DNA of 64,000 nt from Rotaria socialis (lineage: Eukaryota): positions 1-64,000 of the forward strand of contig CAJNYD010000256.1 in the NCBI GenBank assembly GCA_905331295.1, in the 5' to 3' direction. The notes below the pieces were generated by a model. That model was not told where the DNA came from. It worked only from the letters and a program-made list of their open reading frames with translations, and searched no databases. The position numbers and the translations under genes were made by a program. Each line of letters starts with the position of its first letter. Within the stretch, counting starts at the first letter, position 1. Shown here piece after piece: positions 25,329 through 37,764 of this stretch.

Positions 25329-25781
25329 ATCTCAACCATATTAAACTGGTCAAAGCAGTACAATAATATGTGATAAAAATTAATATATTTAAATGCATTT
25401 TTATATTTATCTGAATCGTGAGCTTATCATAAATCTGTCCTGTTCATGTTTGCAAAGGTACGAAGAAAAAAATACCGAAAAGGTAGATTCTATAGCATAC
25501 ACCTTATCCTTTTGTCTTCATATCTTCGTGCAATTTTTGAAAGTAATGATTAGGTGGTATTAGCTGCTTTTTCAGAAGACAAAATAGAATATTGCCTTCA
25601 CAAACATTTTTTCATATAAAAATAAATCTAGAGAAAATTTTTATTCCTGAGTAAGAAAACCAACAAATTCATTGTTGATGTGAGAAAATTTTTATTGTGT
25701 TGCACAAAAAATGGAAGATCAAAAACATGAAAAAAACTTGTAAAAAAAGAGATTGAAACATTCTCATATTGTTTTTCTTTT

Positions 25782-26579
25782 TCAAAGAAAAATACATGAG
25801 GATTTCGATATTTTATTTGATTTAGGTGATAAGACGGCACGAACAGCATCATCAAAAACCTTAAATAAATCAATAGAAAAGTCGACTATTGTGGCATGAA
25901 CTTTAAAATACATACTTGTTTAAGACCTTTTTGTGTTAATGCCGAACATTCAGCATATTTAAAAGCTCGCATTTTTTTACATAATCGCTGTCCTTGTTCA
26001 CGCTTAATTGGTTGAATATTTTGCTTTTGTAATTGATTAAGAAACTCTCTATCTTCACGTAAATCCACTTTTGTTCCTAATTCAAAATTTTAAAATAAAA
26101 ATATAATTTTTTGTTTCTTGCAACAATCAAAATAATTACGAACCACATAGAATAACTGGTTTGTCTGGACAATGATGTCGAATTTCTGGCATCCATTTAT
26201 TGGTTATATTTGTAAATGATGTTGGGCTAATTACACTAAAACACACGACAAATACATCGGTTTGTGGATATGATAATGGTCGAAGTCGATCATAATCTTC
26301 TTGACCAGCTGTATCCCATAAACCTAATGAGACTTTCACATTATCAACAATTATGTTTGACGTATAATTATCAAAGCTATAGCAAAAAAAGAAGCAAATA
26401 TTTCCAAAAATATAGCAAAAAAAAGTATGAATTAATGACACTTACACTGTTGGAACATATTCTTCAGGAAATGTATTACTTGTAAATGATATTAACATAC
26501 AAGTTTTACCAACAGTACCATCTCCTACAATCACCAATTTAATTGGTACACTTTGATTAGGGTTTAATTTGTTTGCCAT
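25782..26579 (-). CDS. Mtl: Rho-family GTPase, Mtl/MIG-2-like; exons 26579-26446, 26376-26144, 26076-25916, 25859-25782
   Basis: [15 protein letters not shown]-loop (the GDGT form recalled from MIG-2/Mtl), [45 protein letters not shown] and C-terminal CAAX CIFL. Confidence 0.9.
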
Positions 26580-28742
26580 CAGAACTATGATTACTATCTT
26601 TCTTATTCTAGGCCTTTATGCCAATAGCAATACTCTAAGTTACAAAATATTGAATATAACTAATGACAAGGTCGTAAAATATTCAATTATAACCAAAATA
26701 AAATGGTTTTTTTCTTCACACTTTTCAGTAATTGACAAGTTTCGATATGTGGACAATATTTCTACCAATGAAAAAGCACGTACGCTAAAAACAAAAATAT
26801 AGAGTATATGTTATAAATATTCCAAGAGGTTTTATTGATTATTTTTGATTCGTTAAAAATTAGCCATTAGTATTTACTTTAGGTCATCTGAGTTAATCAG
26901 CTGCTTCGAAAAAGATAACATCTGACTTATTTTTAAGTTGATACACAAATTTCAAGTTTAAGTAGGATTTCTTTTGCTTACTAATATATATTTATTTATT
27001 TAATAAAAGAATTCAATTCACCTTTCGATAATATGAAAACATTCTTGTTAAGTAAAATGAAGATGAAAAGAAAAATAAGCTAATATCGTGTTTTAGATAA
27101 AATTCTTATTCAATTATTCAATCCAATAAATAGAGTTTTCATAGATTCGTATAAGAAATCATTAAAACTTTCATGTTAAGATCATTTCATATCTAGTTTC
27201 GACTAGAAAACATTACTTTATGAAATGTTCATAAACAAATCAGGAAATATTTCGTAGTTTTTAATCGTTTGAGACTACTGTCATTCGATTGTTCATCGTG
27301 AATGATCAAAGGGTTGGTTGTTATTTTATTTTTAAATTGCCATTCATTTGAGTTTTGACTCTATGAACATCGAACACCAAAAGGCATATTTCTGTCATAG
27401 ATGGATAGTTTAGCATTTAGCAACGATTTCAAAGATTAAGTGTGAACAAATATGCCATAGCGAAATAATAGGTTACAATAGAAACGCGCTTGCGTAGAAA
27501 TAGTCAAATATTTAGCAGTTGTTTTTTCACTGTAAATATCTTAGCAACGATATGTATATTGTATTCATTACAAACCCTACTTATAAAAAGAAATTCGATT
27601 ATCGAAGGATTTAGCTGTTCTACCCTTATGTATTAAATATCATTTAAAATGTTTATATATCAATTCTTAGCGCTAATCATGGTCGAGCGAACAGCAAAAG
27701 TGGCATGCACTAATTCTCGCATAAGTATTACATGATTACTGAAAGTTTGAAAGCGATCGAATTAACATAAATTCTGTATGTGATTGATTTTATTGAAAAA
27801 TAAATGCATCGAACGAAATACAAATATTTTCTTTTCTATAGATGTAATACTTACCTGACAAATAAACGTCATTAAATGTGACTGAGAGTAAATCTCTATA
27901 AGCTATTCGAAGAGCATAAAAAGGACAAATTTAATCATTGAACAGTATAGTCTTTGCCAGGCAAATTTTCGAACATATCCATTTTGATATACGTACGTAG
28001 ATATCTGGAATTTTCGTATTTTTTCAGCTAAGTTGAATACTTTTGCGTCGATTATGATGTTTTGAACAAATCGTTGAATTCAGATTTTAATTTTTTTATA
28101 ATAAAGCCATGAAAGAGACATCTTTTTAATTTGTTAGACTCAAGGTTAATACGTGTTTTACATCTAAAAAAACGAAACGATTACCGTTGTTTCTTTTGTT
28201 ATAGGTTTGTTGTTTTTTTTTCGTAACAAAAGATCAGAAGGAAACAAACCATTTTCGTTTTTATTGTTATTTATTATCTGTTTTTTTTAGATAGCCTGAT
28301 GAGCATTATTACGTTCGATTGCCGATTACATGAAATTTGAATTATAGATGAATAGTTAAACATTCAAATCGTCATTTACTATAGTTAAAGAAATAGAAAT
28401 TTACACCGGTAACTAGTAGAGATGCATGCTAATAGAATCGCCGAATAAGTTTTTACCATTTATGACTCAGACGAAACAAAATGATGATAGTTTGTCGTTC
28501 GTAAAGTTTAAAATGCATTATTTCCTTCTTAGTCATGGTTTCTTTCCATTTGAAAAGAGATTCGACCGTTCTTTAGCAGAACTTGTCACTATTTACTAGG
28601 GAAATAAAAGAATAGATGACACTGATGTTTTTGTCAAGCTAGACAATTTTTATTTAACAGCGGTATAGTTCTAAAGTTTCTAATCAATTCCTATTCTGGT
28701 CGTTCCATGGCACCTGTTACTATTGAGCATGGTGATCTCATA

Positions 28743-28746
<4 letters not shown>

Positions 28747-28773
<27 letters not shown>
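28747..28773. repeat. (TA)n microsatellite
   Basis: Uninterrupted TA run. Confidence 0.9.
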
Positions 28774-28776
<3 letters not shown>

Positions 28777-29291
28777 GAATGAAAATATTGACTTAGTGTT
28801 AATTTTCTCTCGATCCAAACAAAAACAATCTCTCATGTGCATTGAATCTAACATAGATAACTGATAAAACATTTACATAATTGTTAGCAGCGTAAGATTC
28901 AACCTAAAATTCGACCATGTTTGCAAATAGAAAGATACTCCTTCATAATTAGAAAATAATTCAGTAATAATTTTAAAAGATTATATCTATAAAGCGTTTA
29001 AGAGTCAAGATCGGTTGAGTTTTCTATTTGTCGTCAACTATTAATACTATTTTATGTTTTGATCTTTACACGAAAACAGTTAATGACGTATAACACAAAC
29101 ATAGAAGTGACATCTACCTGAAGTTGCCTATGCTTAATTTTTGCTCTTTTCTCATACCCTCCTATGTATATTTCATAATTACATGCTTTTAACAAATAAA
29201 ACTTTCAATCCTGTTTGAAATATTACCTATACATTTATTAGAAGATTTCTTTCAGATTCGTCTTTTTGGAATTGAATGAACAGTTTAAAAA

Positions 29292-32200
29292 ATGGACTAT
29301 CAAACACTGGTTAACGAAGATAATGAGGCTTTTGAAGGACCTGATCAAACATTATCGCCTCTTGTACAATTTGAAACACAAGATGATCAAAATAACAACG
29401 AAAAACGTATAGAAATGAAATAATAATAAAAATAATCTTCTTTTAAAACCTTTTCTTTTTAGAACTACGATGGAGTCATCAAAAAGATCTGGATGATTTT
29501 TTCATCCGCATATATCAATATCATCAACAGCATGGATTCTCTTGTATAGCTCTTTCTGAAATCTTTGCTCTTGTGTATGTAAAACAAAGTGATAAATTTT
29601 TCTAGATATATAGATGCTAATATTCTTTTTTTTGTTTCTTAATAGACAATTTGTATTTATTGTTTCATTTACTATTCTTATTGTTCAATGTATTGACTAT
29701 CCACTTCTATTTCGCTCAACGCCATCAGCGAGGAATCTAACAGATAAAATACAAATTGATCAAGTTATTCAATCGCCTAAACAATGTCTTCGAAAGTAAT
29801 TTTTTTTAAATTTTTGAATAAAAATTCATTTCTTTACTATGGTTACCTTTAGTATGCATTTAATAACATCTATATGTCTCTTGCTCTCATTTATCTATTG
29901 GATTTATCGGTTATCACGTGCAATTTATAATCTTCTATCTTATTTTAATATTCGAGCATTTTATACCCAAGCTTTGGATATAAAACCAGTAAGAAATCAA
30001 CTATTCAAAATAAAATAGAACCATTCAATGTCTATGTAGAACGAACTAGCAAATATGACGTGGCATGAAGTACAACAACGATTGATCATAGCTCAGCGAA
30101 CACATCATTTATGCATACATAAAGCAAATTTAACAGAACTAGATATTCACAACCGATTATTACGTTTTAAAAATTATGAAGTAGCTCTAGTAAATAAAGG
30201 TATTCTACCACCGAGAATGCACGTACCCATACTTGGAGATATGTAAGTTTGAATTGAAATCAATAAACATATGTGCACATTAGTCTTTTTTCCATTTGAA
30301 TTTAGACTTTCATTTACAACTGGTTTTAAATTTAATCTGCGATTAATTCTATTCTGTAAGTAATGAAAACGACAAGTGTAAATCGATGAAAGAAACTTTC
30401 CATAGATTCTATAGAAAACTTTCTACACCGATAAGTTTACTAATTGAAGATAATCTTGAATGGTATAAGTATTGTAATATGAGTAAATTTGCAAATGCAT
30501 ATTAAGCTTAGCTTTTTTAGACCTTACTATGATTGTAAGTCGACTAGCATATTCTAGAATTGATCTCTTCAGAAACATGGCATAAATTGTACTCTACATT
30601 TTGTTTGCAAATAGAAAGGATTACACTAAACCAGGAAAACAATGTTAATTTTTCGATATATTCAAATTTAGCTCCTTAAATTTTTTTCTTTTTTAATACT
30701 TTAAGTGCTAAAAACATTTATTTCAATGTCCTTGATTCCTTAGTTAAATGTTTATGTATAATGCAAGTTTATAGATTTTTATTATGAGAAGGTCATATTC
30801 TATTTTAAAATAAATCTCTGTAGTTTTTCATATCTAATATATGAAAGCTTGACTTTTAACCGTATCCTTCTGTTTAATATGTTACTTTAGTACAATGAAA
30901 TCAAGTTTTCATAACAGTTTTCTTAGTTAATTCAGGATTAGTCAACAATATCGATATGAGCTATTCATTTTGTATTAATAAGTATATACGATTTAACTTA
31001 TCAGTAAAGTTATCTATAACTTAATTTGACTATTTATTGGAAAGTTTATTCGCATTGATTTGATATTACAATAATTATCAAAAGATTGATATATATCTTT
31101 ACCTATTCTTCTTAGGGAGTCCATATGCACCATTTGATCAACGATGGCATCTACGGCAAGAGTATAAAGTGCATAGTCAACGTACAGCTCTAGCGCAACA
31201 GTATGCGTCAACTACAGATTTTATATGTATAAATGAATTTCTTTTATCTAGATTATCCCGTTTTATTCTTCTCTATGGCCTCGCTAATCTTCTTCTTTCA
31301 CCATTTATATTTATTTGGCAAGTATTAAATTTATTCTATGGCTACACTGAAGTAATGAACCTGTTTTTTGTTTTCAATAAAGTCTTATTTTTAACTTTGT
31401 CTTTTGCACTTCTAGCTGGTTCGACGTGAACCAGGTCTATTGGGTAGTCGCCGTTGGAGTAATTATGGTCGCCTTTATCTACGTCATTTTAATGAACTTG
31501 ATCATTCACTTAATCAACGATTAAATCGTGGTTATAAACCAGCAGTATCCTATATGTCTTCATTTGTTAATTACGGTGTAATCGAAACAGCAAAGTAAAA
31601 TTTGATTGATTTGCTGAAGCAATTCCAATTTGTTTTCCTTTCGCTTCTAGATTTGTCAGTTTTGCAGCCGGTGCTATATTAGCTGTTTTAATTTTATTAA
31701 CAATTTATGATGAAGACGTACTTAAAGTTGACCATATGTTAACATTAATGACTGGTCTCGGAGTTGTACTTGGCGTTTGTCGATCGCTAATACCAGATGA
31801 AGTAGAAATTAAGAAAAATATATTTCATGACTCTTAATAAATCTATCTATTTGAATAGAATATGGTCTGCGATCCTGAACAAATGATGCAACTTGTTCTT
31901 GCGCAAGTTCATTATCAGCCTGATTCATGGAAAGATCATGCACATAAAGATTATGTTCAAACTGAATTCGGACAAATGTTTCAATTGAAATATGTACGTA
32001 TATACCATATCTATGAATTGCTTAAATTAATAATTTTTTTGCTCATTATAAAGGTTTATTTTCTTGAAGAACTTTTAAGTCCATTTATTACACCTATTGT
32101 TTTATGTTTTCATTTACGTCGAAAATCGATACAAATTATTGATTTCCTAAGAAATTATACTATTGAAGTTCAAGGTGTTGGAGATGTTTGTAGTTTTGCT

Positions 32201-34187
32201 CAGCTCGATATTGGAAAACATGGAGATTTGAAAGTAAAGAAAGCGATATTTGAATTCAATGCAAATAATTGTTTTTTTCAGTGGTTTGCACCAGTACGCG
32301 TCAAAACTGGCAATACTATTGGAATAATGAATGATGGAAAACTTGAATTATCATTAATGCATTTTCATCATGCTAATCCTCAATGGCAGATGCCAAAACA
32401 GTGTGAAATGTATTTAGAAAAAATACAAGAACAAGGTGAGAGATGAATGCAATAGTATTCGTTGTTCTATTTTTCTATTGAATTTAGCTATGGAAAATTT
32501 GCAAACATCATCTATTCTTCAGCAATCACTTCCTCAAATGCAACGAAGTTTTTACAGTGATCCAGCAAGTAAGATGCCAACAAATGTGAAAATAAGGCTT
32601 CGAATAGTAGTCTGCGCGCTCAATATAGATGTTCTCAAAGCTCAATATGACATTGTGTTCCTTGTTTGTTTTGATCAACGGTATCATTAGAATTCGATGT
32701 TTTCTTTTGAGAATTTATGGAAAAAAGAAAGTGTTTGAGAGGAAGACACTAATATTTATTTTCATTAAAAAATTGAGGCTTATCTAATTTGAATGATGAA
32801 TAAAAGATGTGTAGTAGAAAAGTCAGTTAACAAATAAATTATTCGGATAGCGCTACTAGTGATACAATATGAGAACGAATTTCTGAAACATTCATTCTAT
32901 TCAAGATTTAATCTTCTAGCTTCAATTGTGGTAATCCCACAAACTGAAATAACTGAATTCAAAGACCAACAAATTATAATTACCTACCTGGGGCTGGCAC
33001 GAATCCTATTTACTAAAATAACTGTAGCATAACTAACTGTCATAAACGAATTGGTCTCTGACACTTGTACACTAGATATAAGACTTATTTGTACGAAGAA
33101 AAGAGGAAAAACAAGTTCATTTTGAATTATAAGTATACAGTCTTTTCTTACTCGTACCATTTTTACTAGTCTAGGCAACAAAAGTTATTGCATACGAACT
33201 ATTAATATTATCAATCTAACATACTAGATGATACTCTCGTATTCCTAGAAAAAAAATCATCGTTCGAACAAATCCTATGAATACACAACACCACAATACA
33301 TATCAGAGAGATTCGGCTAATTCTCTTAATAGTTGACAAAGATTGATATTTAATTCGAAATAATCTACTTACATAGATAATAGTTGAATGTATTCGGTAG
33401 ATAGTATCAGCATACTCTACTAGTCTGTAGTAGGATTATATCAGTAATAGACGAGATTTTTTCTCATACACGCATATATTTGCTTGTAAGACTATGCAAA
33501 CATCTATGCAAGATTTACGTAAATTCGGTAGTGGTCACTTCTATGTTGAAGAGCATATTTAACTTGTGTGTGTGAACATTTGAACGATCTGTTTCATATT
33601 GAATCACAAAAACGGCAGCAACCAAAATACAACATACCAATGTACTCAAAAAAAATTAATTTTAATCTATATTTTTAGCTACATCAACCATATTGAATCA
33701 TTCAGTCATACCCAAACCGTTAATCAACTCAAATTCATATACTCATTCTACTCATTTAACACATACAACGACTAGCATTTCAATGCAACTGCCAACATCC
33801 TCAATAATACGCAGTGGCGCATCCAAAGCTGATTTACCTTATAAACACCTTGCACCACTTGGTGTTCTTTCAAAGTATACGATTCATTTATTGTTTAAAT
33901 GTTCTCAATTGTATTCTTCTTTAGAATCCATGCACAAACGTATGACTTACCGGATTCCAATTATTTATCCAGTACATTAGGATCTTTACAAGGTTTACCA
34001 GGTGCTGCTCAGTTAGATATGAATGTATCTTGTTTATTTATGCATGAAGTAAATATTTCATGTTGTTTTCGATTCATTCAACTGTTCTTTGCTTTTGTTT
34101 CTCTAGTTACGACATAAATATAAACATGGTGAATATGAAGAATTACAAAATATCAGTGAAGAACCAATCCCTGAGACGAGGTGTTAA
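29292..34187 (+). CDS. ATG9: Autophagy-related protein 9 (multi-exon)
   Basis: Motifs WSHQKDLDDFFIRIYQYHQQHGFSCI, MTWHEVQQRL, LTELDIHNRLLRFKNY, RRWSNYGRLYLRHFNELDH, LEELLSPFITP, VGDVCSFA, DGKLELSLMHF and C-terminal DMNVSCLFMHELR. GT-AG introns; last exon 34107-34187. Confidence 0.95.
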
Positions 34188-34465
34188 TAAATAACAGTTT
34201 TATTTATTTGTGTAATAAAGATTTTCAGCTTTATAGTTTTCATGTAACTAGAACCAAAAAGAACTATATTTTATCATTCTATCTTCCTTGACTATTGTGT
34301 AGTTTCATATGTGTTTTTTTGTGTTTATCCTAACAGAAACATAGTCTATTTTTTAATATAAATATATATTTATTTTTTTTCTGCTTTCTTTTGAAATACA
34401 AGAAAAGAACAGCAATTTGAAAAGTTCTTGCGATGAATTACTTTAAGTTCAAATAAAATTTTGAA

Positions 34466-36389
34466 TTATTTCGACGACTTCTGAGTTTGTGTTTTGTTTG
34501 ATTTTCTATTTATAGAAAATATTATTGAGAATTTGAAATAAATAATCTTACTGTGATTTTGTTGCTGGAAGAAGTTCAGTATAAAGTTTATCAGGAATAG
34601 CTTTTACTGTTCTTTCAAAAGTTTCACTAAACAAAAATAGTTTTCTCATTGAAATGTTTATGATAGAGAATTTTACGGTGGTAACAACATTGGCGGTGGC
34701 AATTGTTGAACAACAAGAGCTGGACGTTTGTTGAATTCATGTTTTGATGGTCGAGATTTAGATCGTGATGATTTTTGTGATGATGATTTTATTTCATTAT
34801 CATCGTTTTTTGATCGTCGAGATTTAGATCGTGATGATGATTTTATTTCATTATCATCTTTTTTTGATTGTCTTGATTTACTTTCATCATTAGTCTTATT
34901 TAAAGCATCCATATTTTCATAATCGATAATTTCGTTATATGGATTACCTAAATAATGAAACAAAAATGATATCAAATTATCAAATAACATTTTTAAATGC
35001 TTTACTTGGATCAGCACTGGCATGAACTGTAAATCGTTTTGGTTGTATTTTTGAAAAAGGCCTGTCATCATTCTTTTTTTGTTTAATAACTTCCAATGCT
35101 TCACCCAATGTTATATAAGTTTTCTGTATTGGTTTTTCTTCATCATCTCTCATCTTCATACTTATATCATAAGCTGTTTCCACACATTCAGTCTGAGTGT
35201 TCATTACAAAAAGTTGACAAATATATAATATTTAAAAAACTCAAACAAACCTCTTCCATTGAACTCAATTGAATTTTACTCCTATGATTTGCAGCTACGC
35301 CATCAAAAATAGTGTTCATCTTACTTCGAATGTTTTCGTACGCTTGATATTCATTTTCATCGAAGTTATCTTGTTTTACATCTTTATCTTCGTCTTGCAA
35401 TAAACCATATGTTAAACATCTATCGAAAAGACAAAAAACAATGCTTTATTTTTGTCTTATTTTCTCTCAAACTGTTTTTTATACTTAGCACAACGAATAG
35501 TAAAATGAGTTAATGGCGAAAGTTCAATCATTTTTATTTGTTCATTGTCAATAATATATGCTAATACTGATTTTCCTACGCAAAATTTTTCTAATCTAAC
35601 TTGTGGTTTAAAATCAGGTAAATCAATGGGTAAATGTGTTAAAATTTCAATATCAATTGGAAATTCATAGCGCATCATTATCTCTGGAAATGTAAATGTT
35701 CCACTGTGATTTTGATATTCACTATGTAACTCAAAATTTTCGATTAATGTTGCAAAACGTAGTGGTACACCAGGTGGAACTATAAATTCCTCATTAGTAT
35801 TTGGATTTTGAAGTACAAATGCTTCTTTTGGTTCACTAATAAATACCTTATCTTTACCATTGTGAACACGTGATTGATATTGTTCACGACGAACAACATT
35901 AAAATGAGCATTTTTAGATAGAATAACTTTTTTCCATTCATCATTTGCTGACTTAATATGTGCTGGTGTTAGAGAGAGAATTCGAATTGAACGTGGCAAA
36001 TCAAAACGATATAATTCAAAAGCACCTTGAAATACCCACCAACGTCTTTTTAACGTAGGTTGTTTTGATAATATACGACATTCGCCTTGAAACCAATCCG
36101 GAATAAGATATTTTTTTCTTGATAATTTATTTTTATCGCATAAAAGTGACGCAGTAATTAAATAACGATCAAATATTGTTTGTAAATACATCCATTGATT
36201 TTTAATCAAATCTGTATTCCATACTTGTTCAACACGAATTATTTGCGGTAATTGAAAATAATCAATGAAATTATTAAAATAATATTCACCCTTTTCCCAA
36301 TTTATTTTATGTAATTCTTTTATTAAACTATCAACTTTATCCCTATCATCTACGGGTAATTTAATAGGAATAAATAAAGATGAAGACAT
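34466..36389 (-). CDS. CABIT-domain adaptor (Themis/GAREM/Serrano-like), ~6 exons
   Basis: Exon 1 has CABIT-like motifs FQLPQIIRV, YLIPDWFQGECRIL, FDLPRSIRI, VPPGVPLRF and TFTFPEIMMRYEFPIDIEI. Five further frame-consistent exons encode a charged, Ser- and Pro-rich tail ending KSSK* at 34466. Confidence 0.75.
34741..34881 (-). repeat. Coding tandem duplication (SRSKSR.SK.DDNEIKSSS units)
   Basis: Repeated GATTTAGATCGTGATGA and GATTTTATTTCATTATCATC blocks within exon 4 of the CABIT gene. Confidence 0.85.
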
Positions 36390-37764
36390 TTGAAATCAAG
36401 GAGAGGTTTTCTATGAATGATTTTTGTATCTAGTTGAAATAAATAACTTAATCACGCTTGATTTATTAGCAAGGTTAACATTTAACCTTACATTTTGCAT
36501 GATGTCTCATGTCTCTGTATGTATTTTACCGTCAACATATTAATAGAACGATAAATAAGGATTGCATTTGCAAATAATTTCTAAGGATGAGGTATTTTTT
36601 CGGTGGTTTTCTTAATTTCGAATCGTTTTTTATCTACTCAAATATATTTTAAAAATAGCATTTTTCTTTTGCATTCACTTGATAATTACAGCATGAAAGG
36701 AACAATGAGCAACAATATATTGGCTTTATTTTGTGACCCTTTTGATTCTATTGTAATTATTATGACGTCAATTACAAATCTAGTTTAGTATGCTGCCCAA
36801 TTCATATCAGTATTGTTGATGTAATGCATGATTACATATAGTGTCTTTAACTAGTCTTTTAATGTGATTTAAAGTGTTCAAATTCAGAAGCAACGCTATG
36901 TCTACTCTCAAGAGACATATATTATATTGATTCAATAAATTCTTCATATAGTTTTGCCGGTTCAATATATATATGACTTTCATGTTTACCTACAAAGAGA
37001 ATCTTCATCATTTGAACAGACACCAGCCATTGATATTCAAGATATACAAATGTGAAACCTACTCAAATTATTTTCTATATAACATATAGATCAGTATATC
37101 TCATGTTTAGATCCTTCATTGTAAGATTAGTCTTCTTAAAATATTGTTACGATCTCTGTACTAAAAAATAATTTCTATGTTGGAACTCTCTTTCGATCTA
37201 TTGAAACATATTACAAAGCCGATCAGCTGTCATTACAAACATACATTAATATGTTATTTGAATGTGATGCAGCGTGTTGTTAAATCCCACGGGAAATGTA
37301 TTAACATTTTTTCTAGTCATCCATTTGATTGTCACAAGCATAAGTAAAAACTCCGGATTTTGACATTGTCTTCAAAATAAATGAATTTCAAGTGATCTAC
37401 ATTGAAAATACATCTCTTTAGTTAAGTTTTGCAATCATTCAAATATTGATTAATCATAGGACATTCATTCAAATATATTCAGATAAACGCGCAGACAAAT
37501 CTGATTCTTGTATATTTTTCAGAAAGAAACAGATAAATTGTAATAACAAACAGAGGGCAAGAGAGAAAAAAAGACAATGAACATATGAAAAGACAACAAA
37601 ATACTAAATTTTGTGGACAATGACAATTAGAAGAAGAAGAAGAAGAAGAATACATATATATATATATATATGTATAGGTATTTTAACCAATATTGGTATT
37701 GGTGAATTCATTTTATTACAGAGAAAAAAATATCAAAAGAAAAGAAAAATGCTTCAGAATTTAT

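Noticed and set aside
28290..28345. Hammerhead ribozyme core (CTGATGAG)
   Set aside because: No GAAA closing a stem II and no flanking stems could be formed.
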